This document shows, piece by piece, positions 7,826 through 17,068 of a stretch of DNA of 64,000 bases (position 1 is its first letter; each line of letters begins with the position of its first letter). The position numbers were made by a program, and so were the translations under genes. The DNA comes from a virus. The notes under the pieces were generated by a model. That model worked only from the letters and a program-made list of their open reading frames with translations. It did no database searches and was not told the DNA's origin. The stretch lies in IMG/VR virus record IMGVR_UViG_3300017818_000007, positions 1 to 64,000 of that record, one strand, 5' to 3'.

Positions 7826-8586
7826 AAGTTTTCCTCGATATATTTTACGAGCAAACGACTATAATCACCGTGTGCTTTTTCTACAGGATGATGTAAAGCC
7901 ATTCTATTATAATTGTTTGTTGTTGCCCATTCGTTAAAACTTTCGCCGGTTGGGTCGTAATAGTTAACAGTATCATACACATCACTACGTACTTCACAAG
8001 GATGTATATTATTATGAAACAAAAAGTTGCCTACATTGTTTTGTAAGTAGTTTCTTAACAATAAAATGTTTGTATACCACTTTTCGTATTCAAGTTCATA
8101 GTCCCACATATACTTACCAAAAAAGTTTCTTGCTTGCCAGTAAGTGTCAATAAAAATTTCACCATCACCTTTTGTCTTATTAGGAGTCACATTAGGGTTA
8201 ATAAACAGTGTATCAAAGTGATTCATTTCAGCACACACTATATCAGATGTAAATTCTAATTTAAGATCTTGATCGTGCTGTACACTGTCTTTGATAGATC
8301 TAATACTAATTTCTCCTCTATTAATACTACTCCAACCTACTATAACAAAATAGTTTTTTAAATCTTCTCCTGCACGTTTAAATTCTTCTAAATCTTGAAC
8401 ACAACGTCTAGCAATCCATTCATTGTTTGCACCCGGCAATGCTCTATTAATACATTCGTCGTAGTTTAATTTGTTAGCAACGTACATAGGATAAGCATGG
8501 CGTTTGTTTGCTTCTGACATATCGCTGTCAGCAATACATTCGGCACCTGCTGTTAAACTGTCTCCTATTGCATATATTTTTTTCAT
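7822..8586 (-). CDS. SGNH/GDSL hydrolase-like protein
   Basis: N-terminal IGDSLTAG, internal G.NN, C-terminal HHP...H. Confidence 0.65.
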   Translation of the reverse strand: MKKIYAIGDSLTAGAECIADSDMSEANKRHAYPMYVANKLNYDECINRALPGANNEWIARRCVQDLEEFKRAGEDLKNYFVIVGWSSINRGEISIRSIKDSVQHDQDLKLEFTSDIVCAEMNHFDTLFINPNVTPNKTKGDGEIFIDTYWQARNFFGKYMWDYELEYEKWYTNILLLRNYLQNNVGNFLFHNNIHPCEVRSDVYDTVNYYDPTGESFNEWATTNNYNRMALHHPVEKAHGDYSRLLVKYIEENL

Positions 8587-9371
8587 AGACAGTGTTCCTT
8601 TATGTATGGCAATATTAGGTTTTTAAATTCTGTATGCACTTGCTTGTTAAAGTGTCCTTCGCGACGCATACCATAGTTGTGATGTTGTTTTGCCCATTGA
8701 CTAAAACTAAACGTATCGAACTTATAGTAATGTTCGTCAAATGCTTTATCTATTAAAATGTTAGGTCTAATTTTAAGTCCTCTGTTCCATTCATGAACGT
8801 TATTATGCATAAAGTATTTGATGTTATTTGATTCACAAAAGTTCTTTACAAGCATTATATAACCAAACCATTTTTCGTGTTCTAGGTCTTCGTCCCAAAG
8901 AAACTGAGCACAAAACATTTGTGCATCGTCACCAAAATTACAAACTAGTTCACCGTTGCCGTCTTTCATCCATTTAGTAGTATTCGGGTTAACAAAGTTG
9001 GTTCCAAACATTTCAATTTCAGTTGATAGCATACCAAGTGGAGGCCATGCTCCAATCTTTTTTAAATTTTTAATTTCTTCTTTTGCTGTAATTTCTAATC
9101 TGTTAATACCACTCCAACCTACTATAACAAATACTTTAGAAAGATCTTGTCCTTCCTGTTGAAGTTTCATTAAATCTAATACAGTTGTACGTGCAATCCA
9201 TTCATTAGGCGCACCAGGCAATGCACTGTTCATATTATTTGCAATACCTAGATCATCTGTAATTTGCATTGGATAAGCATGGTATTTGTTTTCTTCGCTA
9301 ACGTTAGCATCACCTAAAATTTCCATTCCGTGTGTAAAACTATCACCACAAGCATAAACTAAATCAAACAT
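8583..9371 (-). CDS. SGNH/GDSL hydrolase-like protein (tandem paralog)
   Basis: CGDSFTHG; shares HAYPM, ALPGA.NEWIAR, VIVGWS.INR with 7822..8586. Confidence 0.65.
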   Translation of the reverse strand: MFDLVYACGDSFTHGMEILGDANVSEENKYHAYPMQITDDLGIANNMNSALPGAPNEWIARTTVLDLMKLQQEGQDLSKVFVIVGWSGINRLEITAKEEIKNLKKIGAWPPLGMLSTEIEMFGTNFVNPNTTKWMKDGNGELVCNFGDDAQMFCAQFLWDEDLEHEKWFGYIMLVKNFCESNNIKYFMHNNVHEWNRGLKIRPNILIDKAFDEHYYKFDTFSFSQWAKQHHNYGMRREGHFNKQVHTEFKNLILPYIKEHCL

Positions 9372-9375
9372 TTTT

Positions 9376-9900
9376 TCACCTATAATTAAACGTTATTACA
9401 AACCTATATCCAGGCTGTCTTGGACTGCTACTGCTATGATATTGTAGTCCGTTAAATGTAATTAGCGTATTTTCTTGTGGCTTAACAGTGTTTTGAACTG
9501 TGTAGTTTTTAGCCGTTGTAGGGTAAAACTCGTTGTAAAACACAGTTGGAGCATCGCTATTGTTTACGTAAAATAAACTAGTTGTATGTTCAGTTTCAAA
9601 GTCAACGTGCGGAGAATGATATTCATTTTCTTTTTGTCCTGAATAAAATATAAATCCTACACGACAACGTATAAGTTGCTTATTATTTAAATGTTCTAAA
9701 ATAGGATTTAACAAATATGCTAGACTTGGATTTTCTAATTTATTATCGTCAAACACAGTTGTACTAAACCCATATTCCATATTTCCGCTTCCGTAAGCAA
9801 CGTTATGATTAAACGTCCACGGAATAAGATTGCTAGTTAAATTTTGTTGTAGCAATAACAGATCTGTTTTTTCTAGTACGTTTTCCTTAATATCAATCAT
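9376..9900 (-). CDS. 2OG-Fe(II) oxygenase
   Basis: HxD (PHVDF), distal His (YHSSS) and R..I.FN motif. Confidence 0.75.
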   Translation of the reverse strand: MIDIKENVLEKTDLLLLQQNLTSNLIPWTFNHNVAYGSGNMEYGFSTTVFDDNKLENPSLAYLLNPILEHLNNKQLIRCRVGFIFYSGQKENEYHSPHVDFETEHTTSLFYVNNSDAPTVFYNEFYPTTAKNYTVQNTVKPQENTLITFNGLQYHSSSSPRQPGYRFVITFNYR

Positions 9901-10897
9901 TGAAATATGTCTTTGCTACTACTTCTATTTTAAGTTTATTTGTTTCAATACTGTTTATAATTTGTTTTAGTGTATATATTCTACCATACTTTCTAACAGC
10001 ATCATTAACATCTTTTATGTCTTTATCCCACGGCGGAAAACTAACACACCAACCATAGTGCAATGCACTTTCTACAAGATCCTGTCCTGCTTTATCTCTA
10101 TCAGGAACAACAACTACTTGCCGTTGTAAACTGTTAATTAACATTGCTTGTTGATCGCTGATGTCATTACGTAGTACAGCAACACCGTCAATTGAAATAG
10201 CATCAATTGGTCCTTCAACAACAAAACAATAACGTCTATAATAGTTTTGTCTATCTAAATTAAAAACATACCCTGGTTGGCTATCTGTAATATATTTGGG
10301 GGAGCCGTCTCCTATCTTTCGAGCAGTGTATCCGACTATGTCCCCTTGATAATAGAATGGTATAATCAGCCTTGACTTATATGAACCCTCTGGAGTCCAC
10401 ATAAAATCATAATCATCTACCATCAGGCCTCTGCCTAAAATATATTCAACGGCTCCTATGAATTCTGATTCTAAGTCTTCAGGTTTAACATCATCTCGTC
10501 TTAACCTGTCTGCTATTAGACTAGCCCCTGACGCAAGTTTCTTAGTTTCAAATGTTGGTGTAATAATTACGTGTTCATCATTTGAATTCTCTTTTAATTT
10601 TAAAGCCTCAAGACTGATTCTTGTAATCTCAGAATCTGGCATACCTAACCATCCTAATAGTTTACGCATCTTATAAGATATGTTTCTACCAGGAACATAA
10701 CTGGTTGTATACCCGCAGTTAAAGCAATGATAACTTATAGTACCATCACCATTAAACATCATACCACCACGCTTACGCTTGTCTGCACCTTCGCCATTGT
10801 GTATACAGCAAGGTGCATCAAAAGAAATCCACCCACTAGGAGTTTGTTTTCTTTTCGAAGGTAATGCGGCGGTGACACTAGATTGAATCGAATTCAT
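9893..10897 (-). CDS. DNA primase (T4 gp61-like)
   Basis: N-terminal Zn ribbon (PCC...HCFNCG); TOPRIM VVEGPIDA, DRD.AG, KDVND. Confidence 0.9.
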   Translation of the reverse strand: MNSIQSSVTAALPSKRKQTPSGWISFDAPCCIHNGEGADKRKRGGMMFNGDGTISYHCFNCGYTTSYVPGRNISYKMRKLLGWLGMPDSEITRISLEALKLKENSNDEHVIITPTFETKKLASGASLIADRLRRDDVKPEDLESEFIGAVEYILGRGLMVDDYDFMWTPEGSYKSRLIIPFYYQGDIVGYTARKIGDGSPKYITDSQPGYVFNLDRQNYYRRYCFVVEGPIDAISIDGVAVLRNDISDQQAMLINSLQRQVVVVPDRDKAGQDLVESALHYGWCVSFPPWDKDIKDVNDAVRKYGRIYTLKQIINSIETNKLKIEVVAKTYFND

Positions 10898-10906
10898 ACT
10901 AGTATT

Positions 10907-11713
10907 TTACGATCTTACGAGGACTTTGTCAAGTGTTCCGGTGTTCGAAATGGAAGGAATATGTTTAATTCTTAGCCAACTATATACTCCATTTACATTT
11001 ATATAATTGGTTTCTGTAGAATTAGATAGTGCTACACTTTTAACTTCAACCCAATCTGTTCCATTACTAGGTTGTACATCAAGTGTTGCTTCAACGTATA
11101 AAGTTCCGTCATATCCAGTAGTTTCATATTGGATAGTATGCAATGGGTTTGCTCTTTTAAATCTTGCATTTGCATCAATATGACTGCTTGTGTATGTTGT
11201 GATATTTGTATCATAATCTGTAATACCACTAAACGTTGTAATACTATCGCTTTCAGTGTGCGTAGTAAAGCAGTTGTCTACAATAGCAATTCTACCACAA
11301 GCATCATGATATGTGTTCGTATATGTAGGTTTCTGAACATTATTTACTGTACGTTTGATAGAAAATCTATAAGTTTGTGATACTAGATCAACAGTATCGC
11401 TTTCGCTTAAATCTATTGTAATAACACCTTTAGTAGAACGTGTACTTCCGTCATCGACAACAGTCATCGACTTATTTAAAAACGTTGATCCTGTTTCCTT
11501 GTCTAGCAACATAAATGTGAATGTGTTTCCTGAACTAATGTCAATAGGTTTTTGGTCTTGATTTTTGACCGTAAATTTAAGGGTATTTGACACCCCCTTA
11601 AACACTTTTAAATCGCTTTGATACATAGGTGCATATCCTTGTTCTACTCCGGAGTCCAAATCACTGTAAATGGTACTACCGGTTTCATAAATATATATTG
11701 GTACTTTGAGCAT
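10907..11713 (-). CDS. Hypothetical, probably virion-associated beta-sandwich protein
   Basis: Ser/Thr-rich beta composition; TAAATA at 11735-11740 upstream. Confidence 0.6.
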   Translation of the reverse strand: MLKVPIYIYETGSTIYSDLDSGVEQGYAPMYQSDLKVFKGVSNTLKFTVKNQDQKPIDISSGNTFTFMLLDKETGSTFLNKSMTVVDDGSTRSTKGVITIDLSESDTVDLVSQTYRFSIKRTVNNVQKPTYTNTYHDACGRIAIVDNCFTTHTESDSITTFSGITDYDTNITTYTSSHIDANARFKRANPLHTIQYETTGYDGTLYVEATLDVQPSNGTDWVEVKSVALSNSTETNYINVNGVYSWLRIKHIPSISNTGTLDKVLVRS

Positions 11714-11751
11714 ATCATTGTGTCATCCTACTTGTATTTATATGAAAGACT

Positions 11752-12123
11752 ATGGCAATTAGAAACGAAGAATTAGAACAATCAATACCGTTTATTAGCG
11801 GTATCAAACACGCAAACAACGAGTACGTTGGGATCATTATTAATCAAGATCACAGCGTCACAAGTATTTACGATCTTGCGAATTGCACTGACGAAGAAAA
11901 AACATTAATCTTACAGTGCGGTGAAGTATGGTGGTGGGAATCAAACAGAAAACTTCCTATTAACATTTTCCTTAAAAGAGAAATGCAGTTGTTCAAACAC
12001 ATGATTAAAAGTTTCAATACAAAAGATGTTGAGATACTTTTTGGTCCTGTTGTTAGATTACACGATATTGCACAAAAACGTGTTAAACGCAAAAGCATTC
12101 AACTAGTTCGTAAATTAAAGTAA
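11752..12123 (+). CDS. Conserved-looking hypothetical phage protein
   Basis: ORF; WWWESNR..PINIFL motif; function not recognised. Confidence 0.7.
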   Translation: MAIRNEELEQSIPFISGIKHANNEYVGIIINQDHSVTSIYDLANCTDEEKTLILQCGEVWWWESNRKLPINIFLKREMQLFKHMIKSFNTKDVEILFGPVVRLHDIAQKRVKRKSIQLVRKLK

Positions 12124-12381
12124 TTAGTTAAACTTTTCGTGTAGGTTAGCACAGTCTACACACAGTTCCACTCCCGGTACTACTTTTCTTCTTGCTTCAG
12201 GAATTTCATTTCCACACTCAATACATTCTTCTAAACTTGGTTTAGATTGCTTTTCACTCATCATATCTCTATGCTTTCGTAATGCGGCTTCGTTTTCAAA
12301 TAGTGCGGCAACTTGTGCTACTTCTGCCTCTTCTTCGTTATTGTATTCAAAAATAAAATGTTCTTCGTTGTTATTATTCAT
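12124..12381 (-). CDS. DksA/TraR C4 zinc-finger protein
   Basis: CIECGNEIPEARR..PGVELCVDCA with an acidic N-terminal helix. Confidence 0.85.
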   Translation of the reverse strand: MNNNNEEHFIFEYNNEEEAEVAQVAALFENEAALRKHRDMMSEKQSKPSLEECIECGNEIPEARRKVVPGVELCVDCANLHEKFN

Positions 12382-12943
12382 ATAGTTCTTCGCAAATTAA
12401 ATTCATATGTACCACAATCGCATGAGCATATGCTACTGCGTGTGCTTTTTTAAAATAATAGGATCCGTCTTCAGGTTTCGTCCAAACGTTCTTCATCACC
12501 GTATCCCACGGTTGTCCAAGCAAACTCCTCTTCGCGGGACGTATAATCGCTAGTACCGCCGCCAGTTGCTCTATGCTCGTTGGTTTCATTTCTTTTAGAA
12601 TGTCGCTGTGTTCTGCGACGTGAAATAAGTTGTTGCTGAAGTCTGGCTCGGTAAGTAATTCCCATAACGGTTCCTTTTGTAATAGTGTATTTAAATGATT
12701 TTCGTCTTTTACTTTCTCATAGATATGAACATTTAACATATCTATTTTAAAATATCCTCTTTCGTCTGCTTCTTTGTGATCGATAGTACAGATATCTGTA
12801 AAAGGATTGACAGGTGCATTATGAAAATAAATTCCTGTGTTGTGCTTTTTAAGAGTTCCTTTTTCTATTCGCGAGGCCTTAATGTGCTTGAAATTTTCTA
12901 GCACTTTTTCACGATCAAAAAAATCTAAATCAACATCAGGCAA
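12374..12943 (-). CDS. Miniature DnaE (Pol III alpha)-like nucleotidyltransferase core, 189 aa
   Basis: PDVDLDF, KHNTGIY, GYFKIDML, LAAVLAIIRP, YYFKKAHAVAYA match C-family polymerase motifs in order. Confidence 0.8.
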   Translation of the reverse strand: MPDVDLDFFDREKVLENFKHIKASRIEKGTLKKHNTGIYFHNAPVNPFTDICTIDHKEADERGYFKIDMLNVHIYEKVKDENHLNTLLQKEPLWELLTEPDFSNNLFHVAEHSDILKEMKPTSIEQLAAVLAIIRPAKRSLLGQPWDTVMKNVWTKPEDGSYYFKKAHAVAYAHAIVVHMNLICEELYE

Positions 12944-13619
12944 TGTTTGCTTCCTTTATTATTTCTTTTACTAGTTTAACATCATCTTTGTTATTTGTAA
13001 AGTGTTTTTTCCAATATATAATATCTAAAACAGGTTCAATAATATTCAAGTGTTCGTCGTTAAAACTTTCTAAAAGTTGAACACCTTCTGCAGAATTTAA
13101 TAACATCCATGGACTAATACGACCATATCTAATATCATTAACTGCTCTATTATGATTTACATATTTGAAATAATCGTTATATGGTGCTTGGTTTTTATCT
13201 CCCCAATCCATCATAGTTTCTAACGAACGTTTAACTGCACCCTCTACAGGTTCTACTTTGATCATCTCAAATAGATATGTGTCATACAATTCATCACGAC
13301 ACCAATGATCTAATTTAACTCCGCTTTTAATTACAAAGTCAATAAATTTCTCTGGGTATATACAACTTACGTTTGTCACAAAACTACCAAATTTAACAAA
13401 CGCATTATAGTAAGAACTTTTACAAAATTCTTCGTATGTTTTAGGTTTACTCTTTTGTACAGTTTGATAGAACTTATTAAATGTTAAAAAGCCAACTTGT
13501 ACACGCTTTTCATCTTTTTGCAAATGTCGTCTCTTTGGTTCGCACAAGTGAGCAACAAGGGTCTTTTCTTTTTGAAACCCTTTGCCACAATGTACACACT
13601 CAAAGTCACGTTTATTCAT
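12936..13619 (-). CDS. C2H2 zinc-finger hypothetical protein
   Basis: FECVHCGKGF......HLC at the N-terminus; start set at ATG 13619, overlapping the upstream stop. Confidence 0.65.
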   Translation of the reverse strand: MNKRDFECVHCGKGFQKEKTLVAHLCEPKRRHLQKDEKRVQVGFLTFNKFYQTVQKSKPKTYEEFCKSSYYNAFVKFGSFVTNVSCIYPEKFIDFVIKSGVKLDHWCRDELYDTYLFEMIKVEPVEGAVKRSLETMMDWGDKNQAPYNDYFKYVNHNRAVNDIRYGRISPWMLLNSAEGVQLLESFNDEHLNIIEPVLDIIYWKKHFTNNKDDVKLVKEIIKEANIA

Positions 13620-14061
13620 TTGGATCACGTTCTTCCATATATTCTTTTTGTTCGCTTTTTGACATAATAGTTGATAAGGCTGTTGCATCGTCTACCTTCA
13701 TATTAGGATTTTTATCTAGTACGTATTGTTCAAATTTATTCTTTGCTTGTTTCTTTGGAGCCGCAACATACTGATGGAAAAAGTTTTCATAAGCACCACA
13801 CATTGCCATTAGTTTCCATAGCAGTCCTTTGTGATTTTTGCTTAATGTCCAATGATGCTTATTGACAAATTCGTTTGTCATTTCTAAATAATGTTCTTGG
13901 AAAAACTGATCGCCTTTTACATTGCTTACATAACGCATTGCAATAAACGGTGCAAATAACTTTTTATCGTCATCACTAAGTTTATTATACCAGTCTTTGT
14001 CTCTACGATCAACTGCTCGTAGCATTGCTTTTAAATCAAGAAACTTTTTCTTTTCAGCCAT
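13612..14061 (-). CDS. Probable clamp-loader small subunit (T4 gp62-like)
   Basis: Size and F.PFI..R..S / NE..N.HH pattern resemble gp62 of marine T4-like phages. Confidence 0.5.
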   Translation of the reverse strand: MAEKKKFLDLKAMLRAVDRRDKDWYNKLSDDDKKLFAPFIAMRYVSNVKGDQFFQEHYLEMTNEFVNKHHWTLSKNHKGLLWKLMAMCGAYENFFHQYVAAPKKQAKNKFEQYVLDKNPNMKVDDATALSTIMSKSEQKEYMEERDPNE

Positions 14062-14650
14062 GCTTTACTCCTACAATATTCATACTCATTACAATTCTAT
14101 TTTCACTTACAGTGTTTTCCTGTACTCTATGTGATAACCAAGCAGGAAATAATAATATATCGTTAGTATTACATTTTACTTCCTGCCAGAAGTCTTGTCT
14201 ACTGAAATCTGCATGACTTCTTGGCATATATGTCCAACTTGAATGCAATGGATTTCTAAATTCAATATTTCCACTGTTTTGGGGTTTTTCTAAGTAGATA
14301 CTTGCCGCCATATGTGCAGGACTATGATCGTGTTCAATTACGTATCCACCTTTATTAGTTATATTTGTCCAACTGTTCATTACTTCTAACGGAATATCTT
14401 GCATATCCCATTCTTTCCAAACTGATTCTACAACTGGTTGAAGCCATACCATAAAGTCGTGTAGTTCTTCCCACATATGTGGATCTTGGTCGTTATGATT
14501 AGCGTTTGTTTTTCCACCACCACGCATACTACCTGCATCTGATGGCATAAGCATTGTTTGTTTAGTAGCACGAACAACCGCAGATGAGAAATCTCCTGGA
14601 TAAGTTGCTTTCCATACTAGCGTTGGTGTTGTGCTAATTGGTTGAATCAT
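14054..14650 (-). CDS. 2OG-Fe(II) oxygenase (TIGR02466-like)
   Basis: SWTN......HDH......IY, LLFPAWL.H.V, R..MSMN. Confidence 0.8.
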   Translation of the reverse strand: MIQPISTTPTLVWKATYPGDFSSAVVRATKQTMLMPSDAGSMRGGGKTNANHNDQDPHMWEELHDFMVWLQPVVESVWKEWDMQDIPLEVMNSWTNITNKGGYVIEHDHSPAHMAASIYLEKPQNSGNIEFRNPLHSSWTYMPRSHADFSRQDFWQEVKCNTNDILLFPAWLSHRVQENTVSENRIVMSMNIVGVKHG

Positions 14651-14867
14651 TTTCTTTACTCAAATCATAAACTGTTTTAATTTGTTTGAACATTTTTTGC
14701 AATGTTCTATTACCTTCGTTTGCCATTTCTTGCATTTCAATAAATTCGTAATTATCAATATGCCATTCAGGACAATGTGGTTCGCAAACAAGTACACGAG
14801 TCCCGGTATCAGTGTCACGTTCATAAACAGTTTCACCACCATCCGGAGACTCGTATATCTTGACCAT
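14634..14867 (-). CDS. Hypothetical protein (KIYESPDGGETVYER motif)
   Basis: ORF in operon order with SD. Confidence 0.7.
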   Translation of the reverse strand: MVKIYESPDGGETVYERDTDTGTRVLVCEPHCPEWHIDNYEFIEMQEMANEGNRTLQKMFKQIKTVYDLSKENDSTN

Positions 14868-14868
14868 A

Positions 14869-15489
14869 TTATCCTTGTTCTTTATCTGCTAACTTGCCCT
14901 TAAGGTAGTTAAGTAGAACACCGTATGCTGGTAAGAAAATAATCAAACCAACTACAATTTTAAGAACAACTTGTGAGCCTGCAATTTCAACCCAATGTGT
15001 TGCCATATATTCATCAGCACTGTTATTAAATGCAACAGCGAAGAATGTATACGTGTCAATTACGTTAGCAACAATAGTTGATAATGCCGGTGCCGCCCAC
15101 CATGCTTTTGTATATGCTTCTCTGATATATTGAAAAACATAAACGTCTAAAAATGTACCAATAGCATAAGCAGTTGCTGATGCAAAGCCAATACGTAGTG
15201 CTACACTTTCAGGTGCACCTTCAGCAAGTACTACTGCAATAGATCCAATAATGGCTAAAGGATATGCCGCCGCAATAGTTGCTCGTGCAATTGATTTACC
15301 TAACAATCTAACTGTTAAGTCAGTTGCTAAGATTACTAACGGGAACGTAAATGCCGCCCAAGTTAGTTTAACGCCTGCGATCTCAACTGGAATGTTGACT
15401 AGGGCGTTTGAGATTGTGATAACAACAACATGAAGAAATGCTAATTTCAACATCATTGCTTTATCAACGTCTTTAAAAAGTCCAAACAT
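14869..15489 (-). CDS. yhhQ: Queuosine-precursor (preQ0/preQ1) transporter, YhhQ/VUT family
   Basis: Multi-TM protein; ISNALV, TW.AFTFP...LATDLTVR..G...AR, RI..AS..AY..G...DV.VF, ST...N..DT..FF..AF. Confidence 0.88.
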   Translation of the reverse strand: MFGLFKDVDKAMMLKLAFLHVVVITISNALVNIPVEIAGVKLTWAAFTFPLVILATDLTVRLLGKSIARATIAAAYPLAIIGSIAVVLAEGAPESVALRIGFASATAYAIGTFLDVYVFQYIREAYTKAWWAAPALSTIVANVIDTYTFFAVAFNNSADEYMATHWVEIAGSQVVLKIVVGLIIFLPAYGVLLNYLKGKLADKEQG

Positions 15490-15490
15490 A

Positions 15491-15856
15491 TTACTTCTTT
15501 CCTTTTACTATGGAGCCGACTGTTCGACGAACAATATCGTCATGATTAAATTCTGCCCAGTATAGTTCAAAAGCGACTCCATCTTCCAAACCTTCAAACT
15601 GGTGAATTTTGCCGGGTTTCACTTGCGTGAACTCCCCTGGACCAAGTATAGTTTCATCAACTAATCCATCTTGGTCATCCTGCCAAACACGGACAATCAT
15701 CTTGCCCGATTCAACAAAGAATCCGTTCCATTTATATTTGTGTTCATGTTCTGAACATTTATACCCTGCCTTATATTCAATGCGATGAAACTCTAGTACA
15801 CCATTTGCATGAATAAGTTCTGTTTGTCCCCATATCTTACCTGCCTTCATAGTCAT
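15491..15856 (-). CDS. Cupin-fold protein
   Basis: CSEHEH..KWNGFFVESG and PG..HQF cupin motifs. Confidence 0.75.
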   Translation of the reverse strand: MTMKAGKIWGQTELIHANGVLEFHRIEYKAGYKCSEHEHKYKWNGFFVESGKMIVRVWQDDQDGLVDETILGPGEFTQVKPGKIHQFEGLEDGVAFELYWAEFNHDDIVRRTVGSIVKGKK

Positions 15857-16563
15857 TACCCTTTCTCCTTCTGTAATCGTAGACGTTCTTTAAAGTTATT
15901 AATTCTCCATCCTTTGTAGTTGTCTAGGCGATGAAGTTCCTCTGTTGTAATTAAATGATGATTAATTTTAATAGGTCTATTGCTTAAAGGAATTAGTTGA
16001 GCAACAGGTTCTCCTGGTTTAATTGATAATCTACTTCCTTGCGGTAAAAAGAAATTAAACTCAGCAACGTGTGTATATTTAAAATCAATTGTTCCAGGAC
16101 TTGACCAATGACTTAAAGGATTTGATTGATGCCATGTTGGTTGTGTCCACAGCCATTCAATACTCTCGCTTGTTTTAATTCTCCAAGGTAGCGGAAACTT
16201 AATATGATGAAAACCTGGTTTGTGATCAGCATAGTCATCAGATGTATGACTGCTAGGTTGTTTGAATTTTTCAGGTAAGACATCAAAAGCAATTTTTCCG
16301 TCCATAAATCTTTGAACAACAAAACTTGCTGGACTAGGCATAATAATACCTTGTTTCATATAACCAATAATTGCTGGACAGGTTTTCATACCTGCAACAT
16401 CTAGGTCCTGTACATGAACGTGTGGGTGATTGTCTTCTCTACTAGTAGGAAGTTTTTTCCACCACTCAGGAATAAACTTTTTTGATAAGTCTGGTTTAAA
16501 CAAATCAAAAGAATGTTGATCGTCAGTATAAAAATCTACTGTTATTGGTTTTTTAAAAAACAT
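15856..16563 (-). CDS. Hypothetical protein (beta-rich, possibly dUTPase-like fold)
   Basis: P.WWK.LP, KTCPA, KF..PW, I..G.P.AQLIP motifs; fold is a guess. Confidence 0.5.
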   Translation of the reverse strand: MFFKKPITVDFYTDDQHSFDLFKPDLSKKFIPEWWKKLPTSREDNHPHVHVQDLDVAGMKTCPAIIGYMKQGIIMPSPASFVVQRFMDGKIAFDVLPEKFKQPSSHTSDDYADHKPGFHHIKFPLPWRIKTSESIEWLWTQPTWHQSNPLSHWSSPGTIDFKYTHVAEFNFFLPQGSRLSIKPGEPVAQLIPLSNRPIKINHHLITTEELHRLDNYKGWRINNFKERLRLQKEKG

Positions 16564-16564
16564 A

Positions 16565-17068
16565 TTAAAACAATAAACTGTAATCCAATGTTTCGCAAGA
16601 CCTTGAAACTTCTTTTACAAAGAAAACACATTCAGGATTTTCTCCGTCATGTAAAGGCGTAGTTAGTAGTTGTCCTGCTTTAAGTTTAGGAAAATACCAT
16701 TTTACATCTTGATAAACATTAACAACGTCTACTGGTGTAAAGTCTGGTCTAAAGCCTGTTAACGGATTAAAAGTATATGCTTCAAACCCTCTATCATTTA
16801 AACTTGTTAAAGGCAATACTTCTAAATCATTTCCTTCACTGCCACCAATTAGCATTGACCATTCTAACGGCATTTGTACTTGATGTTTACCTATTTGTAA
16901 AACAACTGCTGGCGATGAAAAACTTTCTAAATAGATCAACGGCATAAAGAAATAGTCTGGTTCTTTAGGATCACTGTTGTCTAAGACACTGTACCTAATA
17001 TCTTCATTTATTTCTTTAGGAAGATTATTTAGATTAAACATTTTATTTTCTAGTGTTAGTATATTCAT
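16565..17068 (-). CDS. Hypothetical protein downstream of UvsW
   Basis: ORF abutting the uvsW stop. Confidence 0.7.
   Translation of the reverse strand: MNILTLENKMFNLNNLPKEINEDIRYSVLDNSDPKEPDYFFMPLIYLESFSSPAVVLQIGKHQVQMPLEWSMLIGGSEGNDLEVLPLTSLNDRGFEAYTFNPLTGFRPDFTPVDVVNVYQDVKWYFPKLKAGQLLTTPLHDGENPECVFFVKEVSRSCETLDYSLLF

Noticed and set aside
16565-17068. Possible stand-alone Hint/intein-like domain after uvsW
   Set aside because: Only a vague beta-strand pattern; no N-terminal Cys/Ser nucleophile or terminal His-Asn. Needs HHpred.
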